Assembly (NCBI GenBank): GCA_903820505.1
Contig: CAIJHQ010000045.1
Location: forward strand, 79,625-143,624
Direction of reading: 5' to 3'
Length of the DNA stretch: 64,000 bases
DNA from: Candidatus Omnitrophota bacterium
GTDB lineage: Bacteria > Omnitrophota > Omnitrophia > Omnitrophales > Aquincolibacteriaceae
Under the pieces are notes generated by a model. It did no database searches. It had not been told where the DNA came from and saw nothing but the letters and a program-made list of their open reading frames with translations. The position numbers and the translations under genes are program-made. This document shows, one piece after another, positions 46,814-56,377 of the stretch. The stretch's first letter is position 1; each line of letters opens with the position of its first letter.

Positions 46814-47671
46814 TTAGTAAACCGCCGGTATGAATCTTTGTTTGCTCAAGGGCGGCCTCTTATACCCCTTGTCCTTCTGCCGCTTCGGGATCACGAGTTT
46901 CTTTTGAGTCACATCCTTATAGGGGATGCGGGACAAAAGATGCGCCATGCAATTGAGCCGCGCGCGTTTTTTATCGTTCGCGTCCACCACGTACCAGGGA
47001 GAATGCTTGGTGTCTGTGTATTCGAACATCACGTCCTTGGCCTTGGAGTACTCCACCCAGCGCGCCCGGGCTTCGAGGTCCATCGGGCTGAGCTTCCAGC
47101 GGCGTGCCGGATCCTTGAACCTCTCCTGGAACCGCGCTTCCTGAACATCGTCACTGACCGAGAACCAGTATTTGATGAGGATGACCCCGGCATGGATCAG
47201 CGCCTTCTCGAATTCGGGACAGAAATGCAGAAATTCCATGTATTCCTCGTCCGTGCAAAAGCCCATCACGTGCTCGACGCCCGCACGGTTGTACCAGCTG
47301 CGGTCGAAAAGCACCATCTCGCCGGCCGCCGGAAGATACGCGGCGTAACGCTGAAAATACCACTGCGTTTTTTCCCGCTCGGTGGGAGTCCCCAAGGCCG
47401 CGATCCTGACAATACGGGGATTCGTACGGGTTGACAGCCGCTTGATCACGCCCCCCTTGCCGGCCGCGTCGCGCCCTTCAAAAAGCACCACCACTTTCAG
47501 ACCCTTAAGCTTGATCCATTCCTGCAACTTGACCATTTCGGTCTGCAGCCGCTCGATCTCTTTGTTGTAGACCTTGTTTTTGAGTTTCTTGGGCAGGCCA
47601 TCGAGTTTCCCGGATCTTTTTTTCAGGACCTTTTTCATTGTCTCTTTCATTCGTTTTTCCTTCTTGCTCAT
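46814..47671 (-). CDS. ppk2: Polyphosphate kinase 2 (class I)
   Basis: EGRDAAGKGG, WYFQRY, FDRSWYNRAG, WKLSPMD, DKKRARLN. Confidence 0.95.
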   Translation of the reverse strand: MSKKEKRMKETMKKVLKKRSGKLDGLPKKLKNKVYNKEIERLQTEMVKLQEWIKLKGLKVVVLFEGRDAAGKGGVIKRLSTRTNPRIVRIAALGTPTEREKTQWYFQRYAAYLPAAGEMVLFDRSWYNRAGVEHVMGFCTDEEYMEFLHFCPEFEKALIHAGVILIKYWFSVSDDVQEARFQERFKDPARRWKLSPMDLEARARWVEYSKAKDVMFEYTDTKHSPWYVVDANDKKRARLNCMAHLLSRIPYKDVTQKKLVIPKRQKDKGYKRPPLSKQRFIPAVY

Positions 47672-47775
47672 GGGAGCCCTCCTGCAGCTTGCACCTTTTA
47701 TTCGTTCCGGACCGGATCATCCAGGCCCGTATCAGAAATACTTCTTCCCCACCCCTAAAATGCGGCTGCGGAACC

Positions 47776-48342
47776 CTAATTCCCGAGAAGCCCTTTGGCG
47801 AACTCCTTGTTGGGCGGATATTTCAGCCAGACCATAAAAAGGGCCTCGGTGAAATCCTGCCCTTTGATCACGGCCTTGGATTCGCCCCGGACGATGATCT
47901 CGACCTGCTCGTCCGTGAAGGAATAGACCATCTCCTCCCCTTTTTTCATATCGTTCATTGCGGCCATCAACTGCGGGATCCGGTCCTTGATCACGGGATA
48001 TTCCCTGGAAACCTTTGCCAGACCCTTCTGCCACGCTTCCCGGGATTGTTCCGCGCTGACGTCCCGCTGGAATTTCATCACCAGCTTCTTCGTCCCCTTC
48101 GACTGGATCAGCTGGTCCGCATCGTTGGTTTTCACCGGAACATAAAGCCCCGCAACGTAGACCCGGACCTTCGCGATCGTTGCAAATCTCGGACCGAGCC
48201 CGTTCAACACCAGGACCTCCTGCCCCGACGCCTGGATCGAATCCGGGAATTCCACACCCTCGAAATCGGCCGCCATCCCATGGCCGGCCGCCAGACACTG
48301 GATCGCCACCGCCAACGAAATCCCCATGATCTTCTTCAGCAT
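47776..48342 (-). CDS. Secreted chalcone-isomerase-like (fatty-acid-binding fold) protein
   Basis: Signal peptide; LVLNGLGPR, VYVAGLY, F-x-EALFMVWL...PP...LLG. Start ATG 48342, after GGAGG. Confidence 0.8.
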   Translation of the reverse strand: MLKKIMGISLAVAIQCLAAGHGMAADFEGVEFPDSIQASGQEVLVLNGLGPRFATIAKVRVYVAGLYVPVKTNDADQLIQSKGTKKLVMKFQRDVSAEQSREAWQKGLAKVSREYPVIKDRIPQLMAAMNDMKKGEEMVYSFTDEQVEIIVRGESKAVIKGQDFTEALFMVWLKYPPNKEFAKGLLGN

Positions 48343-48391
48343 ATTTCCTCCCGAAATCGGGGCGTCGCAAACTCCGAACGCTCCCGGCACG

Positions 48392-49852
48392 TTATTTTTT
48401 CCATCCCAACAATTGGCGCAACGGACCCGATTTCTGCTGCGGGAGCGGCGCGGGATCGTACTCCTCAAAAATAAGATGGAGAATATTATCCAAAAACGTC
48501 ATGTCCTTGGGCATGTCCACATGGTTCGAGAAAAAAAAGACTGAATGCGAGAGAGGCAACTGCTGCCGCACGTTCTCTCCGTTGACCACGACAGCGTGAC
48601 GGCCCAAAACGCTTTCCTTCGTGACGCTCATGTCGCCGTAGCCGAAAAGGGCGTCCTTGGCTTCGGGACGGTCCGTCTTGAACGTGGTCCTCCATGTTCC
48701 TTTCTCATCACGGCCCAGGATCGCCGCCTGCAGGGTTCGCGCGCGGTCCCCTCCGAAGACGATATAGCGGACATTCTTTTTTTCTTCCACCGGATCACCG
48801 GCCCACAAAGCCGCCTGGAATTTTCTGGCGCGGTCCAATACCATTGCGAGATAGCGCCGTTGGGTCGCGAGCTTTTCCTGGAATTTCTTCTGCCCCTCTA
48901 CTTCACCGTTCGCTTTTTTCAGATTTTCAAACGCCTTCGCCTGCGCTTCCGGATTGAAGACGGACCATCCGTAAGTCTCCCAGTTGGCGGGATCATATAG
49001 ATCGATGTCCAAAGGTTTCCCGTCGGGATCGACGAACACTTTCTTCCCTTCGAGCGGCATAAGTTCGTAAAGGGCCGGCATGGAAAAGATCATCTCGGCC
49101 GTGGCGCGACCGACGCTGGGCAGCCAAAGTCCGTTGTGAACGGTCATAAAAGATTCGACGGAACCCGTGTTCGGCGTCCCGAGCATGATGATCTTATTGA
49201 TGTTCCGGGCCCCGGCATAGGTCGGGATCGGCCGGGGATCATCCGAAACATCCGCGCCCCCGTATTTCGCGTAATAGCGCGCCACGAGACCGCCGGCGCT
49301 GTGGCACAACAGAGTGATCTTAAGATCCGGCCGTCCGGTCCTTGTTTTGAAATCTTTGATGGCGCGGTCAAGCACCTGGGCCGCCTCGACAATGTCGCGG
49401 CGCCAGTCCCAGGAATAACCGAACCCGTCCTGACCCTGTCTAAACCCCCCGATCTTGTTAGCCACTTGCGCGATCCGGTCGTTGAGATCCAGTTCCAGGA
49501 CCCCGGGAATATACTTGAATGTCCTGACAACTCCTCCGGCAATGACCTCGTCCTGATCGTCGCGGAGCGTTTTGCCGTCGATCGGAAGCTCCAGTTCCTT
49601 GATCAATCCCTGCAGGACATTCCCGTAGATCACCCTCCCTGTCGTGCGGTCCTTCAGGACCGAAGCCATCATGCCGGGAATGAACACCGTGGCCGGTTTT
49701 TGCGGAAGGGCGCGGTAGCCGGCGTAAAGGTGGTCCAGGGCGGTCTCATTGGCCTGTTGTCTAAGGATACTGGACGAAATACGAACGGCCGCGTAAAGCA
49801 CAAAGAACAGGATCGTGTACTTGACCAGTTTTCTAAAGAATTTGAAGATCAT
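48392..49852 (-). CDS. Membrane-anchored alpha/beta hydrolase, LCAT-like lipase/acyltransferase
   Basis: FIPGMMAS oxyanion region, WDWRR, CHSAGG nucleophile elbow, LGTPNTGS, GDMSV, late His. Confidence 0.8.
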   Translation of the reverse strand: MIFKFFRKLVKYTILFFVLYAAVRISSSILRQQANETALDHLYAGYRALPQKPATVFIPGMMASVLKDRTTGRVIYGNVLQGLIKELELPIDGKTLRDDQDEVIAGGVVRTFKYIPGVLELDLNDRIAQVANKIGGFRQGQDGFGYSWDWRRDIVEAAQVLDRAIKDFKTRTGRPDLKITLLCHSAGGLVARYYAKYGGADVSDDPRPIPTYAGARNINKIIMLGTPNTGSVESFMTVHNGLWLPSVGRATAEMIFSMPALYELMPLEGKKVFVDPDGKPLDIDLYDPANWETYGWSVFNPEAQAKAFENLKKANGEVEGQKKFQEKLATQRRYLAMVLDRARKFQAALWAGDPVEEKKNVRYIVFGGDRARTLQAAILGRDEKGTWRTTFKTDRPEAKDALFGYGDMSVTKESVLGRHAVVVNGENVRQQLPLSHSVFFFSNHVDMPKDMTFLDNILHLIFEEYDPAPLPQQKSGPLRQLLGWKK

Positions 49853-49884
49853 ACGGAATCCCCTGTTGGTTTACGAAACAAGAT

Positions 49885-50000
49885 CTCACGCACGGTCCCC
49901 ATTGCCGTTCGCTCAGATACGGTCCCCACTTTTTCCGGGGAATCTTCCGTTCACGCGCTTCGGTCAATCGTTTGGATTCTGCAGTATCTTGCGTCGTCAC
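49885..50000 (-). pseudogene. Relic N-terminus of an MGH1/GH63-like glucosidase
   Basis: SD GAGAGGA plus GTG, then TTQDTAESKRLTEARERKIPRKKWGPYLSERQWG. Restoring one G gives WG-TVRE; similarity then stops. Confidence 0.65.
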
Positions 50001-50016
50001 AGAACTATTCCTCTCA

Positions 50017-51018
50017 TCATGCCCGCTTGATAAATAAAGCTCTGATCTTGTTCGAAAAATCGGGGTCTTGATCGGCCGTGTGAGCTTTGGCGTTGATCTT
50101 GCTCTGAACACGCAATTCCGGGAACGGTCTTCCCCAGGTCTCCAGGAGCCGGCTTTCATACAGGCGGCGGTCCACCGATCCGGTGAGGATCCGGCGTTTC
50201 CAGAACGGAATGTCAAAAACCTTCGCCCTGATAATGTGATCCCCGAGGGTGTTCGTGCAACTCTGCGTCACGGTATTATAAAATTCCGGTCTTTCGTGGA
50301 GGGCATTGGTCCGCTCAAGCATGCTCAGCAGGAACTTCCGGACCTGGGACGGCTGCAGGATCGACCGGTAAAGATAAACGTCTTCCTTCCTGTAATTGGT
50401 CCGGAGTCGCACAATGTCGCGTTCATCCGCCCACACATAAATGAGCTCGTATTGTTTGAAGAGCCCTTTAAACGCGCCGTAGCTTTCGCCGACTTCAGGC
50501 CGGTATTCGACGGACACCGAGAGATACCGTCCGTCCGAAAAACCGAAGCTGAGGAACACGTGCGCGATCGCGTCCATGCCCCAGTAATTCGCGAAAACGT
50601 CCAGTGTCCGGAGAGCGTTCAGATCGTACTCGCGTGTTTCCCATCGCACGTCGAGATCCTTGAGCGTCCGGTAATCCGCGTTCCGGATATTGTAAAGAGT
50701 GACCTTTTCGCCGCTGAATTCCGCATAGGCGGTCTTTTCTACCTCGGGAGGATAATGGGCGTTCGTCTTTGGCTGGATCTGCCATTCGTAAGCCAGGACA
50801 CACACAAAACCCGCGAGCGGCAGGATCACGGCCCATTTCCTTGACCGCAGGAGCAAGAAGGCGAGAGGAATGCCGGCCGCGTATGAGAAAGCGATAACGT
50901 TCCGGAGCGTCTCAGGTTGGATCGGCGAATAGTAGAGGGCTCCGAAGCTCCAGAGATGAAGAACGATCAAAACAAGCGGCAGACAGACCCAGCGAAAAAT
51001 GAATAAAAATAATCTCAT
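50017..51018 (-). CDS. DUF4105 / Lnb N-terminal-domain membrane protein
   Basis: 3 N-terminal TMs, NIRN, AHVFLSFGF, SVEYR, DERD, FYNTVTQSCT. Confidence 0.85.
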   Translation of the reverse strand: MRLFLFIFRWVCLPLVLIVLHLWSFGALYYSPIQPETLRNVIAFSYAAGIPLAFLLLRSRKWAVILPLAGFVCVLAYEWQIQPKTNAHYPPEVEKTAYAEFSGEKVTLYNIRNADYRTLKDLDVRWETREYDLNALRTLDVFANYWGMDAIAHVFLSFGFSDGRYLSVSVEYRPEVGESYGAFKGLFKQYELIYVWADERDIVRLRTNYRKEDVYLYRSILQPSQVRKFLLSMLERTNALHERPEFYNTVTQSCTNTLGDHIIRAKVFDIPFWKRRILTGSVDRRLYESRLLETWGRPFPELRVQSKINAKAHTADQDPDFSNKIRALFIKRA

Positions 51019-51197
51019 AAAATCCGCTCTGGAGAGAAAACAGCCGTCAAAATCACTGTCGAATACCTCTTATTTTACAGCATTGATATAAGTCGTCAGG
51101 CCCTATAACCCGGGAGGAAGGAGGATTATAGGGAATTCATGCAGTCCCCGCAATGAAGTAAATATCGGCCGAAAAACTAGCCCGAAAGGGAAAATAG

Positions 51198-52337
51198 CTA
51201 TGACTTTCTTATGCTGATATCCAGCATCGTGAAGTCGTCTTTGAACCGTATCAGGTTCGAGAACAACAGCAGCTGTTTCTCGATCTCGCTGAAAGGAACG
51301 GCCGCATTCGGCCAGTCATTCTTCTTAAAAATGGCGATAAGCTCGTCCACACCGAGCATCTTGCCGTCCGCGCCCGCGATCTCATAAAGCGCGTCCGAAA
51401 ACAGCACGACATGGTCCCCCGGAGACAGCTCCACGGAAACTTCCCCGAATTCCGCTTGTTCGATGCAGCCAAGCAGCATCCCCTTCAGCGGCACCTTTTC
51501 ATAGGTCCCGGAATTCGCACGATAAATAACAGGAGGCGGCCCGCCCGCGCTGACCATCCGCAAGTTTCCTTTTTTAACGTCGAGAAAGCCGCAAACCACG
51601 GCCGCAAACGTGCCTCCTCCCTGGATCAGGCGGTACAAGCGTTTGTTCAAGGCCTGCACCACCGTTTGAGGGTCCGCATCCAGACGCCTCCGTTCCTGCC
51701 AAAGGGAGTTAAGGTACATCGTGTAAAGCGCCGACGGGATCCCGTGACCGACGATATCGGCCAGGATGAACGCGTAACGGTCCTTGCTCAAGCGGCTCAC
51801 GGTGTAATAATCGCCCCCGATGATGTCGCAGGGAGCGTAATGCACGGCAACAGCAAGCCGGGGATCATCCGAAGCCTCGTTCACAAGGCATTGTTCCTGG
51901 ATCTGCTTCACCCTTTGAATATCACGATGCTCGAGCGACAGGTCCTGAAACGTCTCCACGCCTCCGATGACCTCCCCTTTGTCGTCATAAACGGGCGCGA
52001 CGCTGACCCTCATCGGGATCCGCCTTCCGTTCTTTGAATTGGCGAACACCATCACGGGGACCGTACTTCCCTGACGGGTGACCATGGCCCGGTGGAGCGG
52101 ACAGAATTCTTCCCCGCAAAGCTGCCGGCCGTCCTTATCAATATGGGACAAAAACTCGTCGAAACAGCCCTTGCCGAGAGCCTCTTCCCGGGACCAACCC
52201 GTGATCTGCTCGGCGGCCTTGTTCCAATAAATGATCTTCCGGTCCTTGTCGGTCACGTAAAGACCCGCGTTGATCGAGTCAATAACGTGTTGAGCGTCCA
52301 ATTCCGCGTGAGATCCCATCTTTTCTTCCTTTTTCAT
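51198..52337 (-). CDS. PAS/PAC plus SpoIIE-type (RsbU-like) PP2C phosphatase
   Basis: WNKAAEQITGW, GGVETFQD, IGGDYY, ADIVGHG, FSDAL, DDFT. Confidence 0.9.
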   Translation of the reverse strand: MKKEEKMGSHAELDAQHVIDSINAGLYVTDKDRKIIYWNKAAEQITGWSREEALGKGCFDEFLSHIDKDGRQLCGEEFCPLHRAMVTRQGSTVPVMVFANSKNGRRIPMRVSVAPVYDDKGEVIGGVETFQDLSLEHRDIQRVKQIQEQCLVNEASDDPRLAVAVHYAPCDIIGGDYYTVSRLSKDRYAFILADIVGHGIPSALYTMYLNSLWQERRRLDADPQTVVQALNKRLYRLIQGGGTFAAVVCGFLDVKKGNLRMVSAGGPPPVIYRANSGTYEKVPLKGMLLGCIEQAEFGEVSVELSPGDHVVLFSDALYEIAGADGKMLGVDELIAIFKKNDWPNAAVPFSEIEKQLLLFSNLIRFKDDFTMLDISIRKS

Positions 52338-52429
52338 ATTCTAAATAAGAAACAATGATCGCAATTGAGATCGCAGCGTGCGCCAATGGGTTCGGCGAGC
52401 ACGTGGATCCCTGGCATTGCCGGAACCAT

Positions 52430-54589
52430 CTACGCTTCTTTTTTCTTCAGCTCAAGATCTGAGGATTTCAAATGCAGGTCCCTTTGAGGGAACGGTATCG
52501 AGATCCCCTTTTCATTGAACCGGTTATGGATCGCAAAGTTGATCTCACTTTTAACGATCATCCGGTCGTCCACATCGACCCAGTAAAGAAGCCGGAAAAG
52601 AAGCGCGCTGTCCGCGAATTCCTCGAAAACAACCATCGGCTCCGGCCGGGACATGATCTTTTTATTGGCCCGGGCGATCTCAAGGAGGGTTTCCTTGACC
52701 AGCCCGGCATCCGAACCGTAGGCCACGCCTACGCGGGATTCCGTGCGGACAATGCGGTCGGAATGGCTCCAGTTCACGACGCGGTTCGTCAGGAATTCGG
52801 AATTCGGCACCACGATCGAAATGTTATCGAACGTGTTCACGATGGTGCTGCGTGTTCTTATGGATTTCACGACGCCGGGAACCCCTCCGACCTCCACGAC
52901 GTCCCCCATCCGGATCGGGCGTTCGAAAAAGATGACGAACCCGCTGAAGACATTCTTCACGATCTCCTGCAAACCGAACCCGATCCCGATCCCGAGAGTC
53001 CCGGTAAAAACCGTCAAGACGCCCAGGTCGATCCCGAGCATCTGAATGCCCGCCATGGCCCCGATCACGAGACACGCGAACTGGACCACCGTCTTGATCG
53101 CATGCTGGCTGTTCTTATCGAGCGAACTTTTGGGATAGACGCGTCCCTTGAGGATCCCGTTCAGAAAACGGGCGGCCACATAGAAAAGCCAAAAGACCAG
53201 GACCGACCGGGTCAGGACCCAAACCGAGATCTTGATCTTTTCGGATTGGAAAAGAGGCGTGTTGACGATCCCGAGTATCCATCCGACCACTTCCGGCCTC
53301 AGCGCCCAATAGTCCAGGATCTGATAAAAAATAGCGCAGAAGATCAGCCACATCAGGACGGTGCGTACGAGCAGAAATACGGACGAGGTTTGTTTGATCT
53401 CGGTTTGGGTCGCCTTCGCGATCTTCTGGAGGAGGCTCATGACAAGCGACTCCACAAGCCCTTTGACGATCACAAAAAGAACCAGTCCGAACGCAATGTT
53501 CATGTAAACAAGCCCCAGAACGATCGCAGCCGCACGGAATCCGAAAAGGTTGAGAATTCCCCAACCCAAGAAGGCTACGAATCCCAGACACCAAAGGAAC
53601 CTCGCCCAAGCCAGGAACCCTTCCCGGTTCAGGTAGGAAGGGAGCGAACGGATCGCGGTCTCCAAGCGCCGACGCGACAGCAGGCCTCCCGCTAAAAGGA
53701 CCGAACCGAACAATGCGAATGCGGTCTCCCTGGGACCATAAGGATGAGGCTTCCGGTCCATGACCTTTTCTCTGGCGACATCCCTTCGACGCAATCTTAT
53801 CAGCCGGTCGAATTCCTGAAGCGCGGCAAGCCTGAACTCCAGATAATTCAGGCGTTCCTCAAGAAGCGACTTTATGCCCTGGAACACTTTTAAACGCTCC
53901 TCCGCGAGCGTCACTGTTTCCTGAATGCTCGCCCGCTCGTCGTCGTGTGCAGCCGCTAAAAGGACTTTCTTCGCGGAAAGATACTTCTCCTCGATCTGGA
54001 TCCTGGAAGATACGGTATCGATCTCATTATTCACGGCCCCTTTCTCGGCAAGCCGTGCCGTCCTTCTCCGTTCCATCTCTCTAAGCTGTCCCGTGATGAC
54101 AAAAAAAGAAGCGTCTTCGGAAAATACGTTCATAAGAAGGAACTGGATCTTGGCATGGGACGCGTTTTCGGCCTGGATCTTTTCCTGAAGAAAAGCCGAC
54201 CTTTTTTCGATAAGTTCTTTTTTCCTCGCAGCCAGTCCGATCTTGGTCTTCAGGATGAACTCCGGATCGTAGAAACCGGCAACCGTCCCTTCCACCGCCG
54301 AGGATTCTTGGGTCAGCGCCTTTTGTTCCGCGTCGATCTTCTGGAGATCCTTGGCGATTTGGCTGGCCTGGGTGTCATAACTGACCTTTTTCCCCGCGAG
54401 GAGCTTTTCGGTGACTTGTTCGAGGATGACGGGCTGCGGTTCTTTATCCTTTTCACTGCCGGCCGTGCCCTGCGGGGCCGCGCCACTGTCGCCGGCCGGC
54501 GCATCGTCTTTTGCGCATATGGGAAACGCGAAGATCGTCATAAAATAAAAAAACGAAAGACAAGTCAGGGCGCAAGCGGTTTTCTTCAT
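52430..54589 (-). CDS. Large mechanosensitive channel (MscS family, MscK-like) with periplasmic coiled coil
   Basis: GIGIGFGLQ, ERPIRMGD, VPNS, GVAYGSD, IPFPQRDLH. Start ATG 54589 (ATGA overlap). Confidence 0.9.
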   Translation of the reverse strand: MKKTACALTCLSFFYFMTIFAFPICAKDDAPAGDSGAAPQGTAGSEKDKEPQPVILEQVTEKLLAGKKVSYDTQASQIAKDLQKIDAEQKALTQESSAVEGTVAGFYDPEFILKTKIGLAARKKELIEKRSAFLQEKIQAENASHAKIQFLLMNVFSEDASFFVITGQLREMERRRTARLAEKGAVNNEIDTVSSRIQIEEKYLSAKKVLLAAAHDDERASIQETVTLAEERLKVFQGIKSLLEERLNYLEFRLAALQEFDRLIRLRRRDVAREKVMDRKPHPYGPRETAFALFGSVLLAGGLLSRRRLETAIRSLPSYLNREGFLAWARFLWCLGFVAFLGWGILNLFGFRAAAIVLGLVYMNIAFGLVLFVIVKGLVESLVMSLLQKIAKATQTEIKQTSSVFLLVRTVLMWLIFCAIFYQILDYWALRPEVVGWILGIVNTPLFQSEKIKISVWVLTRSVLVFWLFYVAARFLNGILKGRVYPKSSLDKNSQHAIKTVVQFACLVIGAMAGIQMLGIDLGVLTVFTGTLGIGIGFGLQEIVKNVFSGFVIFFERPIRMGDVVEVGGVPGVVKSIRTRSTIVNTFDNISIVVPNSEFLTNRVVNWSHSDRIVRTESRVGVAYGSDAGLVKETLLEIARANKKIMSRPEPMVVFEEFADSALLFRLLYWVDVDDRMIVKSEINFAIHNRFNEKGISIPFPQRDLHLKSSDLELKKKEA

Positions 54590-55824
54590 GTAAAACTTCT
54601 CTCTGATGCGCATTGTTTAAGTTTCACTTCGACATCCTCCAACTGCGTCCGCATGTATCCGCAGTATGCCTTCCGGAACGGGTCTCGGGCCCCCTCACCG
54701 GCACAAGCGCCGGTCAAGGCGTTATTATACCGTTCCCCAAAATATCGCAAATTACTTTCGATGTCCGTGAAACGTTTATCGGTGACCATGCCGCGGACCC
54801 GCTCCCACTTATTTCCCGTGAACGGCTGGTCCAATAAATAAGTGGTGAACTGTTTTTCATAAAGCTCGTTCGTCTCATGGACCGGGATCACGCTTAAAAG
54901 CGCTCCGTGACGTGCGGGCAGCCAGCCGTCCTCCAAAAGCGACTTCTTCATGACCTTGTCCCGTTTGATCTTCCCTTCATTTTCCAGGGGATACGCCCCC
55001 GTCAGGAAAGCGAGGTCCGCGAACTCATTGGCCGGCACCGCGAGATTCGAGAAAAAATCCAGAGGGACCTTTTTCACCTGTTTTGTCTTCCAGACCCCCG
55101 CCGCGGCAAGGGCGTTGTGCGCGGTATGGGCGCAATTATCGAAATACCCGCTCCATTCATAGGGGGTTTTTCCCGTCGCGTACTTGCGGTTGAGGTCGTT
55201 GAGGAAAGAAACGGTCCTTTCAAGCATCGGACGCGTCACGGGAAGTTTCACGCAAAAAAAAGAGCGGCCGAACGTAAGGGCGTAATCCGTGGAAACCGTT
55301 TCCCTCGCGATGAATTCACTCTCGGACATCCCGGAGGGCTTTTTCTTCAAATATTCCGCGTGAAATCTGATCCCTTTGAAAAGCCCGAGCTTTTCCGCTT
55401 TCCGGACGGCCGAATCCAGATGGGGCTGGTCAAGAGCCTGATCCCGCTCCAGATCGCCGTAGAAGAAAAATTTCCTCCCGGGCACGGCGACCCAATTGGC
55501 CGTCTCGAACATCTTATCCACGCTGATCCCAACGCCGGCCTCGGGATCCTTAAGATCGACGGACCCTTCCTCGCAAACCTTGATCTGAGGATAAGGCGCT
55601 GACTCATCCCGGCAAACGCCCTTCAGATAGAGGACGGCATGCCCGTGTCTCCCGCCCGCTTCCTTCCCGAACGGCACGACCCGGCTTGCCCCGCAGAACT
55701 CGATAGAGTAGGGATAAACCGAGTCGTAAGCCGGTCCTTGTTCGACCCGGACATTCAGGGTGGGCCGTGTGATCGTACAGCTCGCAAAGACCAGGAGCAA
55801 CAGAACACAAAAAAACTTCCTCAA
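54586..55824 (-). CDS. Uncharacterised lipoprotein, possible permuted papain-like (His before Cys) enzyme
   Basis: Lipobox FASC; GHAVLYL followed later by YEWSGYFDNCAH. Confidence 0.55.
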   Translation of the reverse strand: MRKFFCVLLLLVFASCTITRPTLNVRVEQGPAYDSVYPYSIEFCGASRVVPFGKEAGGRHGHAVLYLKGVCRDESAPYPQIKVCEEGSVDLKDPEAGVGISVDKMFETANWVAVPGRKFFFYGDLERDQALDQPHLDSAVRKAEKLGLFKGIRFHAEYLKKKPSGMSESEFIARETVSTDYALTFGRSFFCVKLPVTRPMLERTVSFLNDLNRKYATGKTPYEWSGYFDNCAHTAHNALAAAGVWKTKQVKKVPLDFFSNLAVPANEFADLAFLTGAYPLENEGKIKRDKVMKKSLLEDGWLPARHGALLSVIPVHETNELYEKQFTTYLLDQPFTGNKWERVRGMVTDKRFTDIESNLRYFGERYNNALTGACAGEGARDPFRKAYCGYMRTQLEDVEVKLKQCASERSFT

Positions 55825-56274
55825 AAAGCCCCCTCTTTCGATCTTTCAAAGAATATTTCGTAACGTTCTTTTTTCATGGCCTGGCAGTAGATCCCTCGCA
55901 GTTGGTCCCCGGACGGATCATAGGTCAATGTATAATTCGAACGCGGATAATTGACGTCCTGTAGTCCGACAAACATTTTCATGATCCTACCTTTTTGTGA
56001 ATCTTTTGCTTTTTCTTCGCGGCTCGGACCGGGGCTGAAGTATCCCGCTTCCGGTTTACCGTCGTTATTCACCAACTTGATCCGGATAAAGCAGGATCCC
56101 CTGAAAGGACCCTTTTGCCTCTGCACGAAGCTCGCCGAACTTTTCCGCCGAAGCCTGGTTAAGATAGAATTGCTCGGGACTCATCGCCGGCTTTTGTGCG
56201 GCAAGCAGGGGCTGGTTCGCGATACCGAAAACGAACACAACCCCAGCGGCCAGTAATTTCCCAATCCTCATCAT
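55821..56274 (-). pseudogene. Frameshifted small exported protein
   Basis: The signal-peptide half (MMRIGKLLAAGVVFVFG..., stop 56065) and the conserved-looking half (DGKPEAGYF...LQDVNYPRSNYTLTYDPSGDQLRGIYCQA) lie in different frames and overlap near 56065-56126. Confidence 0.5.
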
Positions 56275-56377
56275 GCAGAAGGACCCTTCTGTTGTCTGCG
56301 GTCGGTTTTGGCAGGGCGCGCTATATAAACGGCACATCACTCTGTCGTTTTCAAAATACTGCCGGTAACCTGCTGCT

